Shown here piece by piece: positions 1-7,846 of a stretch of DNA of 32,000 nt. Made by a program: the position numbers and the translations under genes. The notes below the pieces were generated by a model that saw only the letters and a list, made by a program, of their open reading frames with translations, was not told where the DNA came from and did not search any database. Origin of the DNA: Trichodesmium erythraeum IMS101 (GTDB lineage Bacteria > Cyanobacteriota > Cyanobacteriia > Cyanobacteriales > Microcoleaceae). Numbering within the stretch: the first letter of the stretch is position 1; the number at the start of each line of letters is the position of its first letter. The stretch spans positions 5,700,001 to 5,732,000 of the forward strand of contig NC_008312.1 in assembly GCF_000014265.1 (NCBI RefSeq), in the 5' to 3' direction.

Positions 1-1
1 T

Positions 2-592
2 GGGGGACCATTGTTAAATAGTGCTGGAGAACTCATCGGTGTTAATACTGCTATACTTACTCCTAGTCAATTAGGGGGTAATATTGGTATTGGCTTTGCT
101 ATATCTATAGATAAAGTCCCAGAGTTGCTCAAGGCAGTTCGAGAAAGACGAGCACCTTTAGTCGCTCAACATTCAAGAAGTAGGATGTTTGATGAGGACT
201 TTGCTAAAAAATTAGACTTTGATGCTTTAATTGAAGTTCAAGGCAATTTAGATGGAGAATCTAATGTATTACCTGTAGATAATAGTTACTATGATCTTTA
301 TGCTTTTAAAGGTAGAGCAGGTCAAAAAATTTCTATTGATATGAGTAGTAATCAAATAGATTCTTACTTGATTTTATTAAACTCAGAAGATCAAGAATTA
401 GCTCAAGATGATGATAGTGGGGAAGACAAAAATGCTAGGATTATAATTATATTACCAAAGGATGGAACTTATAAGTTATTAGCAAATTCTTATGAAGCAG
501 GAGAGTCAGGAAAGTATGAGTTGAAAATTGAAGCAATTTCACCTAAAATGAGAATTTTATTTGAGCAAGAAAAGAGTAACTTTTATAGATAA
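2..592 (+). CDS. Trypsin-like (HtrA/DegP-type) serine protease, 3' partial, with a C-terminal pre-peptidase (PPC)-like domain
   Basis: The frame is open from the window edge. It reads GGPLLNSAGELIGVNTAI, the tail of the GNSGGPL active-site Ser motif of S1 proteases. The C-terminal ~90 aa (YYDLYAFKGRAGQKISIDM...DSYLILL...DGTYKLLANSYEAGESGKYELKIE) fit the PPC beta-sandwich pattern. The 5' end lies outside the window. Confidence 0.75.
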   Translation, partial: GGPLLNSAGELIGVNTAILTPSQLGGNIGIGFAISIDKVPELLKAVRERRAPLVAQHSRSRMFDEDFAKKLDFDALIEVQGNLDGESNVLPVDNSYYDLYAFKGRAGQKISIDMSSNQIDSYLILLNSEDQELAQDDDSGEDKNARIIIILPKDGTYKLLANSYEAGESGKYELKIEAISPKMRILFEQEKSNFYR

Positions 593-1247
593 ATTGGATG
601 ATTTTTTCTCGAATACTTATTTATTAGGAAGAGAATATAACATTCAGAGAATAGAGTGGAGGTTGATTACTGATACCCAGTATCTCCATTGATGATTTTT
701 TTTCAAGTTATAGCTATTGTTAAATAAATGATTGCGGGATAAGAAGATTATACTTTTAGTTTTAGATTTTATCTCAACTAAAAATATAATATATAGAAAA
801 AATTTAATATATAATATATAGAAAAAAAATTTATAATTAACTAAGTTACGATAAATTTTTTCATAATTTGATTTTTAATAAGACTTAGGTAAGCATCTAA
901 AATTATACACAAGAAGTATATGTTAAGGTTGTTCCCTCTACTAGATAAAGTGATGGATATGTATCCCACTTTTATTCATATTTAAACATTGATTTTAAAC
1001 TCTGTTCTACTGATGAAGACAGTGTACCTATTGTGTAATTATCTTCATTGAATAACTTAATTTATGTTGAATGTTATTTTTTCCAGCTTATAATTACTAG
1101 GCTTATGTATAGGAATATTTTTAATAATTGTTATACATACTAACTAAAATCTTCAATAATGTTTTTTAGTTAATAATTATTTGTGGTTATTTCCTACTAT
1201 GCTAGTAGACTAGTTGGATAATTTAATTAATATATTTGAGGTGATTA

Positions 1248-1946
1248 ATGCATCAAACAAAATTTTGGGCGATCGCTCCTTTTGGTCTACTAACTATTTT
1301 GGGAAAACCTTTACTTTCCCCCGCACTTCCAATTCATCAGGCCGTTGTTAATTTTAGCTATGTAGATGAAAGTTCAACGAAGTCTGAAATTTTTGCCCAG
1401 GATACTTCATTTCCCAAAGTGACTCCATCACCAGAAATGACTCCGACTTTAGAGGACAGTCCATCACCAGAAATGACTCCGACTTTAGAGGACAGTCCAT
1501 CACCAGAAATGACTCCGACTTTAGAGGACAGTCCATCACCAGAAATGACTCCGACTTTAGAAGACAGTCCATCACCAGAAATGATCCCTCCCACCCAAGA
1601 ACCAGAAATAATCTTACAGCAACCAGGAATGCTTAGTGATGATGATTTAGTACTTCCATCTGATGAAAGTGTTTACGATGAACATACTTTTGAAGGGACA
1701 GAAGGTCAGGTAGTAACTGTAACTGTAGAAAGTCCTGATTTTGATACTTACTTAGCAGTTTTTAGTCCTGATACTAAACTACTGGGAGAACATGATGATA
1801 TTAGTAAGAAAAATACAAACTCTCAACTAACAATTACTTTACCTATGACAGGTAAATACCGTGTAATAGTTAACTCTTACGATAAAACAGGTAGAGGTGA
1901 GTATAATTTACAAGTAATTCAATCAGGGCAAACATCAGATTTTTGA
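1248..1946 (+). CDS. Secreted repeat protein with a C-terminal PPC-like domain
   Basis: The N-terminus is hydrophobic and signal-like (FWAIAPFGLLTILGKPLL). It contains five SPSPEMTPTLED repeats. The C-terminal segment (YDEHTFEGTEGQVVTVTVESPDFDTYLAVF...TGKYRVIVNSYDKTGRGEYNLQV) is paralogous to the C-terminus of the 2..592 product. Confidence 0.7.
   Translation: MHQTKFWAIAPFGLLTILGKPLLSPALPIHQAVVNFSYVDESSTKSEIFAQDTSFPKVTPSPEMTPTLEDSPSPEMTPTLEDSPSPEMTPTLEDSPSPEMTPTLEDSPSPEMIPPTQEPEIILQQPGMLSDDDLVLPSDESVYDEHTFEGTEGQVVTVTVESPDFDTYLAVFSPDTKLLGEHDDISKKNTNSQLTITLPMTGKYRVIVNSYDKTGRGEYNLQVIQSGQTSDF
1424..1590 (+). repeat. 36-bp in-frame tandem repeat, about 4.6 copies
   Basis: The unit TCCATCACCAGAAATGACTCCGACTTTAGAGGACAG starts at 1424, 1460, 1496, 1532 and 1568. 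Across the full copies I saw one substitution (GAG to GAA in copy 4). Confidence 0.95.
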
Positions 1947-2510
1947 AGTTCTTCCCAAAGAAGCGTATTATTTACTGAATATTTTTGGCGTTGCTGAAGA
2001 CAAGGGCTGAAAATAAGATTTGCTCTTCAAGCACTTTTTCCCTGCCAAGATCATGTTCTGTTGAATACACATAATAAAAGTTTTGTGTACACAAGTGTTG
2101 CTAAATTTATTCTGGGATAAGCTTTGTGGTGATTTATCATAATTAGATCTCTCGGAAAATTAATCTCAAATTTTTAAATTTACTAGGCTAAAACTTAGTT
2201 TACCCAGAGATCTATTTAATTCTGGTCAATGATAAGCACTTAGGTGAGAGCGATCGCGATGATCTAAAAACATCCTTACTCTAAAAGTAGTACGATCATA
2301 TTTTTTTTTTCAACAACATTTTCACCAAATATTATTTTATCCTATTTGCTCTCTTTGTGCAACAAAGCTTTTGACTTGGTAAATTGAATTAGTAACTTGC
2401 TTGCTTTACAAGGCGATCACTACAGCTTTAAGTACGCTTTTGGTTAAACATTAGATTTTCATCATCTCACCAAAACTATTGAAAATAAAACCATAAGGAT
2501 ATATCAAACA

Positions 2511-2855
2511 ATGGATAATGATTTAAATATTCAGGTTGTACCTGTAGAGTTAGAGAATGGCAATGTAGTAAGAGTTGAAGCTACTGTTCTTAATGCATCA
2601 GGAGATACTTCTGATCAAGAAATTGAATCAGATGTGGCAGCTAATATCAGACCGCTCAAAGAAGTAACTGATACAGTAAAGGAAATTGCTGCAACTGTGA
2701 AAGCTTCCATAGATCAAGTTAAACCAACTAAAGCTTCTGTTGAATTTGGCTTAGAATTTGGTTATGAGTCAGGAAAGCTAACAGCTATGATCGTGAAAGG
2801 AACGGCAAAAGCAAATCTAAAAATTACTCTACATTGGGAAAATATTTCAAAATGA
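2511..2855 (+). CDS. trypco2-like (trypsin co-occurring domain 2 / CU044_2847-like) small protein
   Basis: 114 aa. The layout matches my memory of the family: an N-terminal beta segment (IQVVPVELENGNVVRVE), a helical middle, and a C-terminal VEFGLEFGYESGKLTAMIVKGTAKANLKITLHWE motif. It sits directly upstream of a trypsin-like protease and overlaps it. Confidence 0.75.
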   Translation: MDNDLNIQVVPVELENGNVVRVEATVLNASGDTSDQEIESDVAANIRPLKEVTDTVKEIAATVKASIDQVKPTKASVEFGLEFGYESGKLTAMIVKGTAKANLKITLHWENISK

Positions 2856-3775
2856 GGAATAGTATAGATGCCGGACGCTTGTACGAGTTATTTCGTAGTT
2901 GCATAGTACGAATTAAAACCTCAAAGAGTTTTGGTACAGGCTTTTGGGTCACTCCTGGACATATTCTTACCTGTGTTCATGTTATTGAGGGGAATGATCA
3001 CGATAGTATTGAAATTGTCTGGAAGCAAAATAATTATCAGTGTACAGAGATTAATATTTTTCAAGATGCTGACCTGGCTTTACTTAAGGTTGAAATAGAA
3101 AGTCATCCTTGTGTGTTTTTGGATGAAGACGCTTTACCAGGAGATGAGCTCTATAGTTATGGTTATCCTGAGCAAAAGCGAGATGGGGCTTCAATTACAA
3201 TGATTTGTGAAGGGCCTACAGATAATAAGAGGTTTTTGACGGTTAAGGATGAGAATGTTAGACCTGGGTTTAGTGGCGCTCCTTTATTTAATCAAAGAAC
3301 GTTCATGGTTTGTGGTGTGCTCAAGAGTGAACGTAAGTTTCCTGTTAATGGTAATGTACTACGGGCTTTGGGTGGACAAGCAATTCCAACTGCGAGAATT
3401 TTTGATAAGTGGCCTAATTTAAAAATATCTAATCAGGAGTTCCATCAAAAGTATCAAAGTTGGAGAAAAGAACTGGAAGTAACTAAACAGCAAGAACAAA
3501 ATTCACCACAATATTCGGCACAATATTCTATAAATAGTTCTTCTGAAAATCCGAGAATTCAATCTTTAAAAAATCAGAAACAAAGAATAGAGTCTCAGAT
3601 AGCTGAACTAGAAAAACTAAGTCATTTATGTAATCAAGATATAAAGGCAGAAACTAATTTGGCTAAAAGAAATCAGCTTCATACACAAATGGATAATTAT
3701 TCGACAGAAATTAACGAGTTATATGACAAGGTTCAGCAAATTATAGCTCAAATTAATAAGTTTCAAAATACTTAG
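2852..3775 (+). CDS. Trypsin-like serine protease (predicted effector) with a C-terminal coiled-coil adaptor tail
   Basis: Catalytic triad context: His in HILTCVHV, Asp in DADLALLKV, Ser in RPGFSGAPLF. The ATG at 2852 overlaps the upstream TGA (ATGA at 2852-2855), so I prefer it to the TTG at 2834. The last ~70 aa are a heptad-rich helix and form copy 1 of the 266-bp cassette. Confidence 0.85.
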   Translation: MRNSIDAGRLYELFRSCIVRIKTSKSFGTGFWVTPGHILTCVHVIEGNDHDSIEIVWKQNNYQCTEINIFQDADLALLKVEIESHPCVFLDEDALPGDELYSYGYPEQKRDGASITMICEGPTDNKRFLTVKDENVRPGFSGAPLFNQRTFMVCGVLKSERKFPVNGNVLRALGGQAIPTARIFDKWPNLKISNQEFHQKYQSWRKELEVTKQQEQNSPQYSAQYSINSSSENPRIQSLKNQKQRIESQIAELEKLSHLCNQDIKAETNLAKRNQLHTQMDNYSTEINELYDKVQQIIAQINKFQNT

Positions 3776-3804
3776 TTTATACAAGTAATTAAAAAGTTAT
3801 TTAA

Positions 3805-4041
3805 ATGTCAGATATTCAGAAATTAAAAAGTTTAGAAAATCGGCAACAAAGAATAGAGTCTCAGATAGCTGAACTAGAAAAACTAAGTCATTTATGTAAT
3901 CAAGATATAAAGGCAGAAACTAATTTGGCTAAAAGAAATCAGCTTCATACACAAATGGATAATTATTCGACAGAAATTAACGAGTTATATGACAAGGTTC
4001 AGCAAATTATAGCTCAAATTAATAAGTTTCAAAATACTTAG
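3805..4041 (+). CDS. Stand-alone coiled-coil adaptor module, 78 aa (copy 2)
   Basis: Intact ORF. The N-terminus resembles that of the 4608 gene (MSDIQKLKSLENRQQRIESQ against MSYIQKLKSLENQKQRIESQ). The remainder is identical to the protease tail. There is no clear Shine-Dalgarno sequence, so expression is uncertain. Confidence 0.5.
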   Translation: MSDIQKLKSLENRQQRIESQIAELEKLSHLCNQDIKAETNLAKRNQLHTQMDNYSTEINELYDKVQQIIAQINKFQNT

Positions 4042-4070
4042 TTTATACAAGTAATTAAAAAGTTATTTAA

Positions 4071-4307
4071 ATGTCAGATAGTCAGAAATTAAAAAGTTTA
4101 GAAAATCGGCAACAAAGAATAGAGTTTTAAATAGCTGAACCAGAAAAATTAAGTAATTTATCTAATCAAGACATAAAGGCAGAAAGTAATTTGGTTAAAA
4201 GAACTCAGCTTCATACACAAATGGATAATTATTCGACAAAAATTAATGAATTATATGATAAATTTCAGCAAATTATAGCTCAAATTAATAAGTTTCAAAA
4301 TACTTAG
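4071..4307 (+). pseudogene. Degenerate coiled-coil module (copy 3)
   Basis: Same ATG context as copy 2, but codon 20 is TAA (GAG TTT TAA in place of GAG TCT CAG). The rest aligns with copies 2 and 5. Confidence 0.7.
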
Positions 4308-4336
4308 TTTATACAAGTAATTAAAAAGTTATTTAA

Positions 4337-4578
4337 ATGTCAGATAGTCAGAAATTAAAAAGTTTGGAAAATCGGCAACAAAGAATAGAGTTTTAAATAG
4401 CATAGCTGAACCAGAAAAATTAAGTAATTTATCTAATCAAGACATAAAGGCAGAAAGTAATTTGGTTAAAAGAACTCAGCTTCATACACAAATGGATAAT
4501 TATTCGACAAAAATTAATGAATTATATGATAAATTTCAGCAAATTATAGCTCAAATTAATAAGTTTCAAAATACTTAG
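4337..4578 (+). pseudogene. Degenerate coiled-coil module (copy 4)
   Basis: Shares the TTT TAA nonsense with copy 3 and adds a 5-nt insertion (CATAG). Otherwise nearly identical to copy 3. Confidence 0.7.
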
Positions 4579-4607
4579 TTTATACAAGTAATTAAAAAGT
4601 TATCTAA

Positions 4608-5693
4608 ATGTCATATATTCAGAAATTAAAAAGTTTGGAAAATCAGAAACAAAGAATAGAGTCTCAAATAGCTGGACTAGAACAACTAAGCAATAAATGT
4701 AATCAAGAGATAAAGGCAGAAACTAGTTTAGCTCAAAGAACTCAGCTTAATACACAAATGGATAACTATTCGACAGAAATTAATGAACTATATAACAAAC
4801 TTGATCATATTGAAAATGAAATTGAAAATCTCAAGTTAAAGGAGAAAAGTTTGAGTTCAAACGATTATTTAGACAACCCTAAAAATCAGCAATTATTAAA
4901 ATTTGAGCAATACTTGTATGATATCGATTTTGAAAAAGCTTTAAAAACTTTTCAAAGAATTACATCTCAGTTTAATAAGGAGGGAGATGTAGCTTTGTTT
5001 TTCATAGAAAAATGTTTGACTAATCGAGGAGATTTATGTTTAAAAAGACTAAAAGATGACTTATTTTCAGAGACTTATAATATTCACAGGCAACATTTTC
5101 GTCCCTGTTTTGTCACATATACTTTAGGAAATTTAGAAGGAGTAATACAAGGAATAGCTAAATTTTTTGACGTTAAAAAAGAAGAAATGACTGTAGAATT
5201 AGTTATCAATAAAATAGGTAATTCTTTACAAAATAATTCGGTTTTGTTTATAGAAATTAATTGTGATATTAGTCAGCCTAGTGACATAGATCCATTAATA
5301 CCTTGGTTTATTAATGTTTTTTGGAAACCTTTGAGAGAAAAAGTAAACGAAGTAGCTAAGGATTATGAAGGTATTAAAGTTGTAGCTGTAATAACTTCTA
5401 ATCTATTACTTAATTCCAGATTTTCAAACTCAGAATTATCCTCCTACTATAATCGCAAAAGTAGAATTTTTTCTAGAGATAAATTAGTCAAAATACCTTT
5501 AGAAAAATGGAAAAAAGAAGATATTAAAAAATGGTTGACTAAATATGGTAATCCTCGTTTAAAAAACACAGATAAAGATACTATAGCTGAAAAAATTTAT
5601 AATGCAACTGACAAAGGAAGACCTACAGATGTTTGCCTAGCTTTACAACAAAAACAATGGCAAAACTTAATATATTCAAACCCTACCTATTAA
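4608..5693 (+). CDS. Coiled-coil adaptor (copy 5) fused to a degenerate P-loop/STAND-like domain (iSTAND-like)
   Basis: The first ~70 aa are homologous to the protease tail. The remainder has NTPase-like strand/helix spacing: DVALFFIEKCLTNRGD where a Walker A should be (no GxxxxGK[ST]), SVLFIEINCD (Walker-B-like), IKVVAVITSN (sensor-1-like) and KLVKIPLEKWKKEDIKKWL (STAND-like helical start). That it is a CDS is secure. The fold assignment is by eye. Confidence 0.6.
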   Translation: MSYIQKLKSLENQKQRIESQIAGLEQLSNKCNQEIKAETSLAQRTQLNTQMDNYSTEINELYNKLDHIENEIENLKLKEKSLSSNDYLDNPKNQQLLKFEQYLYDIDFEKALKTFQRITSQFNKEGDVALFFIEKCLTNRGDLCLKRLKDDLFSETYNIHRQHFRPCFVTYTLGNLEGVIQGIAKFFDVKKEEMTVELVINKIGNSLQNNSVLFIEINCDISQPSDIDPLIPWFINVFWKPLREKVNEVAKDYEGIKVVAVITSNLLLNSRFSNSELSSYYNRKSRIFSRDKLVKIPLEKWKKEDIKKWLTKYGNPRLKNTDKDTIAEKIYNATDKGRPTDVCLALQQKQWQNLIYSNPTY

Positions 5694-5711
5694 ACAATTA
5701 TAAGTTCAAAG

Positions 5712-6707
5712 ATGAATTACCATTTTGAAAATAATCCTAAAAATCGTCCTTCTAAACCTCATTCTGATTCACCTAAAAAAGTTGAACCCTACATTGCGCC
5801 AGATGAGTTAATTGATGCAGTAAACTTAGCAATTTTTCTGCGCCGTCCTCTCTTATTAGAAGGAGAAGCAGGCTGTGGAAAAACTCGATTACCACTCGCA
5901 GTTGCTTATGAATTAGGATTACCTTTTTATCGTTGGAATATTCGTTCAACTGCTAAAGCACAAGAAGGTTTATATGAATATGATGCTATCCTCAGACTCC
6001 ATGATGTTCAAACTCAAAAATTAGAAATAAAAAATAATAATCAAGACAAAGATAAAACTTATAGAAATCCTAGTAACCCTGAAAATTATCGAACTTTTGG
6101 AGCAATTGGTAATGCTTTTCTTTCAAATTGCCCGGCAATAGTTTTAATTGATGAAATAGATAAAGCTGACGTAGATTTTCCTAATGATTTACTAACAGTT
6201 TTAGATGAACCTTGGGAATTTAAAATTAGAGAAACTGGAGAAACAATTACCGCTAAAACTAATTGTCAGCCAATTGTAATTATTACTAGTAATAAAGAAA
6301 AAGGAAACTTACCAGCTCCTTTTCTACGTCGTTGTATTTATTATTATCTGAAATTTCCAGATGACCCTAAACAACTTCAAAAAATTGTTGATATTCACTA
6401 TCAATATAAACCAGACTCAGAAATTCTCAAAAAAATTAATTCCTCAAATAATGAATTAGTACAACAAGCTGCTCAACTATTTATTAAAATTAGAGAAAAT
6501 AAAGGCTTATTTAAAATTCCAGGTACAAGTGAATTTTTAGATTGGTTATATGCACTTTGTAGTTGTCAGACAAAACAAAATCCTCAGCTTCCTTATCCTC
6601 TTGAGAAATTAAAAGAAGGAGAATTAATTCCTTATCGAGAATTAATTTTTAAAATTCGTCAAGATTGGCAAAAAAATACCACTTTTCCTCAAACTAGTGA
6701 TTTATAA
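5712..6707 (+). CDS. MoxR-like AAA+ ATPase (AAA_5 type)
   Basis: Walker A LLEGEAGCGKTRL, Walker B IVLIDEIDKAD, sensor-1 IVIITSN, and an Arg-rich LPAPFLRRC segment. Size and order are typical of MoxR partners of vWA proteins. Confidence 0.9.
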   Translation: MNYHFENNPKNRPSKPHSDSPKKVEPYIAPDELIDAVNLAIFLRRPLLLEGEAGCGKTRLPLAVAYELGLPFYRWNIRSTAKAQEGLYEYDAILRLHDVQTQKLEIKNNNQDKDKTYRNPSNPENYRTFGAIGNAFLSNCPAIVLIDEIDKADVDFPNDLLTVLDEPWEFKIRETGETITAKTNCQPIVIITSNKEKGNLPAPFLRRCIYYYLKFPDDPKQLQKIVDIHYQYKPDSEILKKINSSNNELVQQAAQLFIKIRENKGLFKIPGTSEFLDWLYALCSCQTKQNPQLPYPLEKLKEGELIPYRELIFKIRQDWQKNTTFPQTSDL

Positions 6708-6774
6708 AATATCTCAAACTTCAACTTATTTGAACTACATTTTATTCACTTAAGCACAAAACTTTCAACCACTC

Positions 6775-7839
6775 ATGTTTGAACCTAACTCTTATTTAAC
6801 AACTCTTTTTTATCATTTGCGTCAAGCAGGTTTTAATCTGAGTATTAAAGAATACTTTTCGGTAAAAGATGCAATTAAAGGAGGTTGGGGAACAAAAAAT
6901 CAAGAAGACTTAAAAAAACTCCTACGCTTACTATGGTGTAACTCTTGGGAGCAACAACAGCATTTATCCCTAATATTTGATAGGATTTTTGAATCTGAAA
7001 AAACTCAAGAAACAACACCAAACCCCTCCACAAAAAATCAAAAAAATTTAAATTATGAACAACTTGAATCAGACTCATCAACTCCTATTTCTCCTACTAC
7101 AAAATTTCAATCTTCTTCAACAGAAATAACTAAACCAACCACTGAAAAACTATCCCCACTACCTATCACTAATATTCAACCAATACGAGAACATGAAAAC
7201 GACGCCGAATTTTATACTTATTATCCCATTTCTCGCCGTTTTATGGTTTATAGTTGGCGATATTTACGTCGCCCCATTGCTGACGGACTTAGAGATGTTT
7301 TAGATATTAAAATGACTGTTGAACAAGCTACAAAACAAGGATTTTTCTTACAACCAGTCTACCGTCGACGAGAAAAAAATCATGCTCATTTACTAATTTT
7401 CGTAGATCAAGAAGGTTCCATGACTCCCTTTCATCATTTCAGTCAAGACTTAGTAGAAACAGCTAAATATGAAAGCTCTATAGAAACAGTAGACGTTGCT
7501 TATTTTCATAACTTACCAGCAAAATATATTTATCAAGATCCTTTTTTGACTGATAAAATTTCCTTAGAAACTGTCTTAAATAAATGTGATAGTGAAACTA
7601 GAATTTTAATCATTAGTGATGCAGGTGCTGCTAGGGGGTATCGTCAGCGAACAAGAGTTTCAGGCACAACTGAAGTAATATGGGAAATTCAACAGCATAC
7701 TAACTTAGTAGCATGGCTTAACCCAGTTCCAAAAATGCGTTGGAATAACACTACAGCTAGTATTATCTCTCATTTAATACCTATGTTTCCTATGGATCAA
7801 GAAGGTTTAAGACAAGCTATTTTGACTTTACAAAGATAA
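6775..7839 (+). CDS. von Willebrand factor A (vWA, CoxE-like) protein, partner of the MoxR ATPase
   Basis: C-terminal vWA pattern: HLLIFVDQEGSM (MIDAS position) followed by RILIISDAGAARG. There is an N-terminal helical region and a low-complexity S/T/P/Q linker. It lies immediately downstream of the MoxR gene. Confidence 0.8.
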   Translation: MFEPNSYLTTLFYHLRQAGFNLSIKEYFSVKDAIKGGWGTKNQEDLKKLLRLLWCNSWEQQQHLSLIFDRIFESEKTQETTPNPSTKNQKNLNYEQLESDSSTPISPTTKFQSSSTEITKPTTEKLSPLPITNIQPIREHENDAEFYTYYPISRRFMVYSWRYLRRPIADGLRDVLDIKMTVEQATKQGFFLQPVYRRREKNHAHLLIFVDQEGSMTPFHHFSQDLVETAKYESSIETVDVAYFHNLPAKYIYQDPFLTDKISLETVLNKCDSETRILIISDAGAARGYRQRTRVSGTTEVIWEIQQHTNLVAWLNPVPKMRWNNTTASIISHLIPMFPMDQEGLRQAILTLQR

Positions 7840-7846
7840 TATAGAA

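Larger units (their letters stand above)
3553..4800 (+). repeat. Five tandem copies (period 266-271 bp) of a coiled-coil module plus its 29-bp spacer
   Basis: Module starts at about 3553 (inside the protease gene), then 3805, 4071, 4337 and 4608. Copies 1 and 2 are identical from CAAAGAATAGAGTCTCAG through the spacer TTTATACAAGTAATTAAAAAGTTATTTAA. Confidence 0.9.

Noticed and set aside
1354-1594. Minus-strand ORFs 1354..1575 and 1358..1594, with repetitive products
   Set aside because: They lie antisense to the 36-bp coding repeats of the 1248..1946 gene. Open frames here are a by-product of repeating one stop-free unit.
6875-7081. Short antisense or alternative-frame ORFs inside well-supported genes (6875..7081, 8546..8788, 12989..13186, 14629..14865, 15075..15284, 18239..18433, 26911..27123, 30713..30901, 30959..31189)
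   Set aside because: Each is fully nested in a gene with clear family motifs on the other strand or frame, and none has recognisable motifs of its own.
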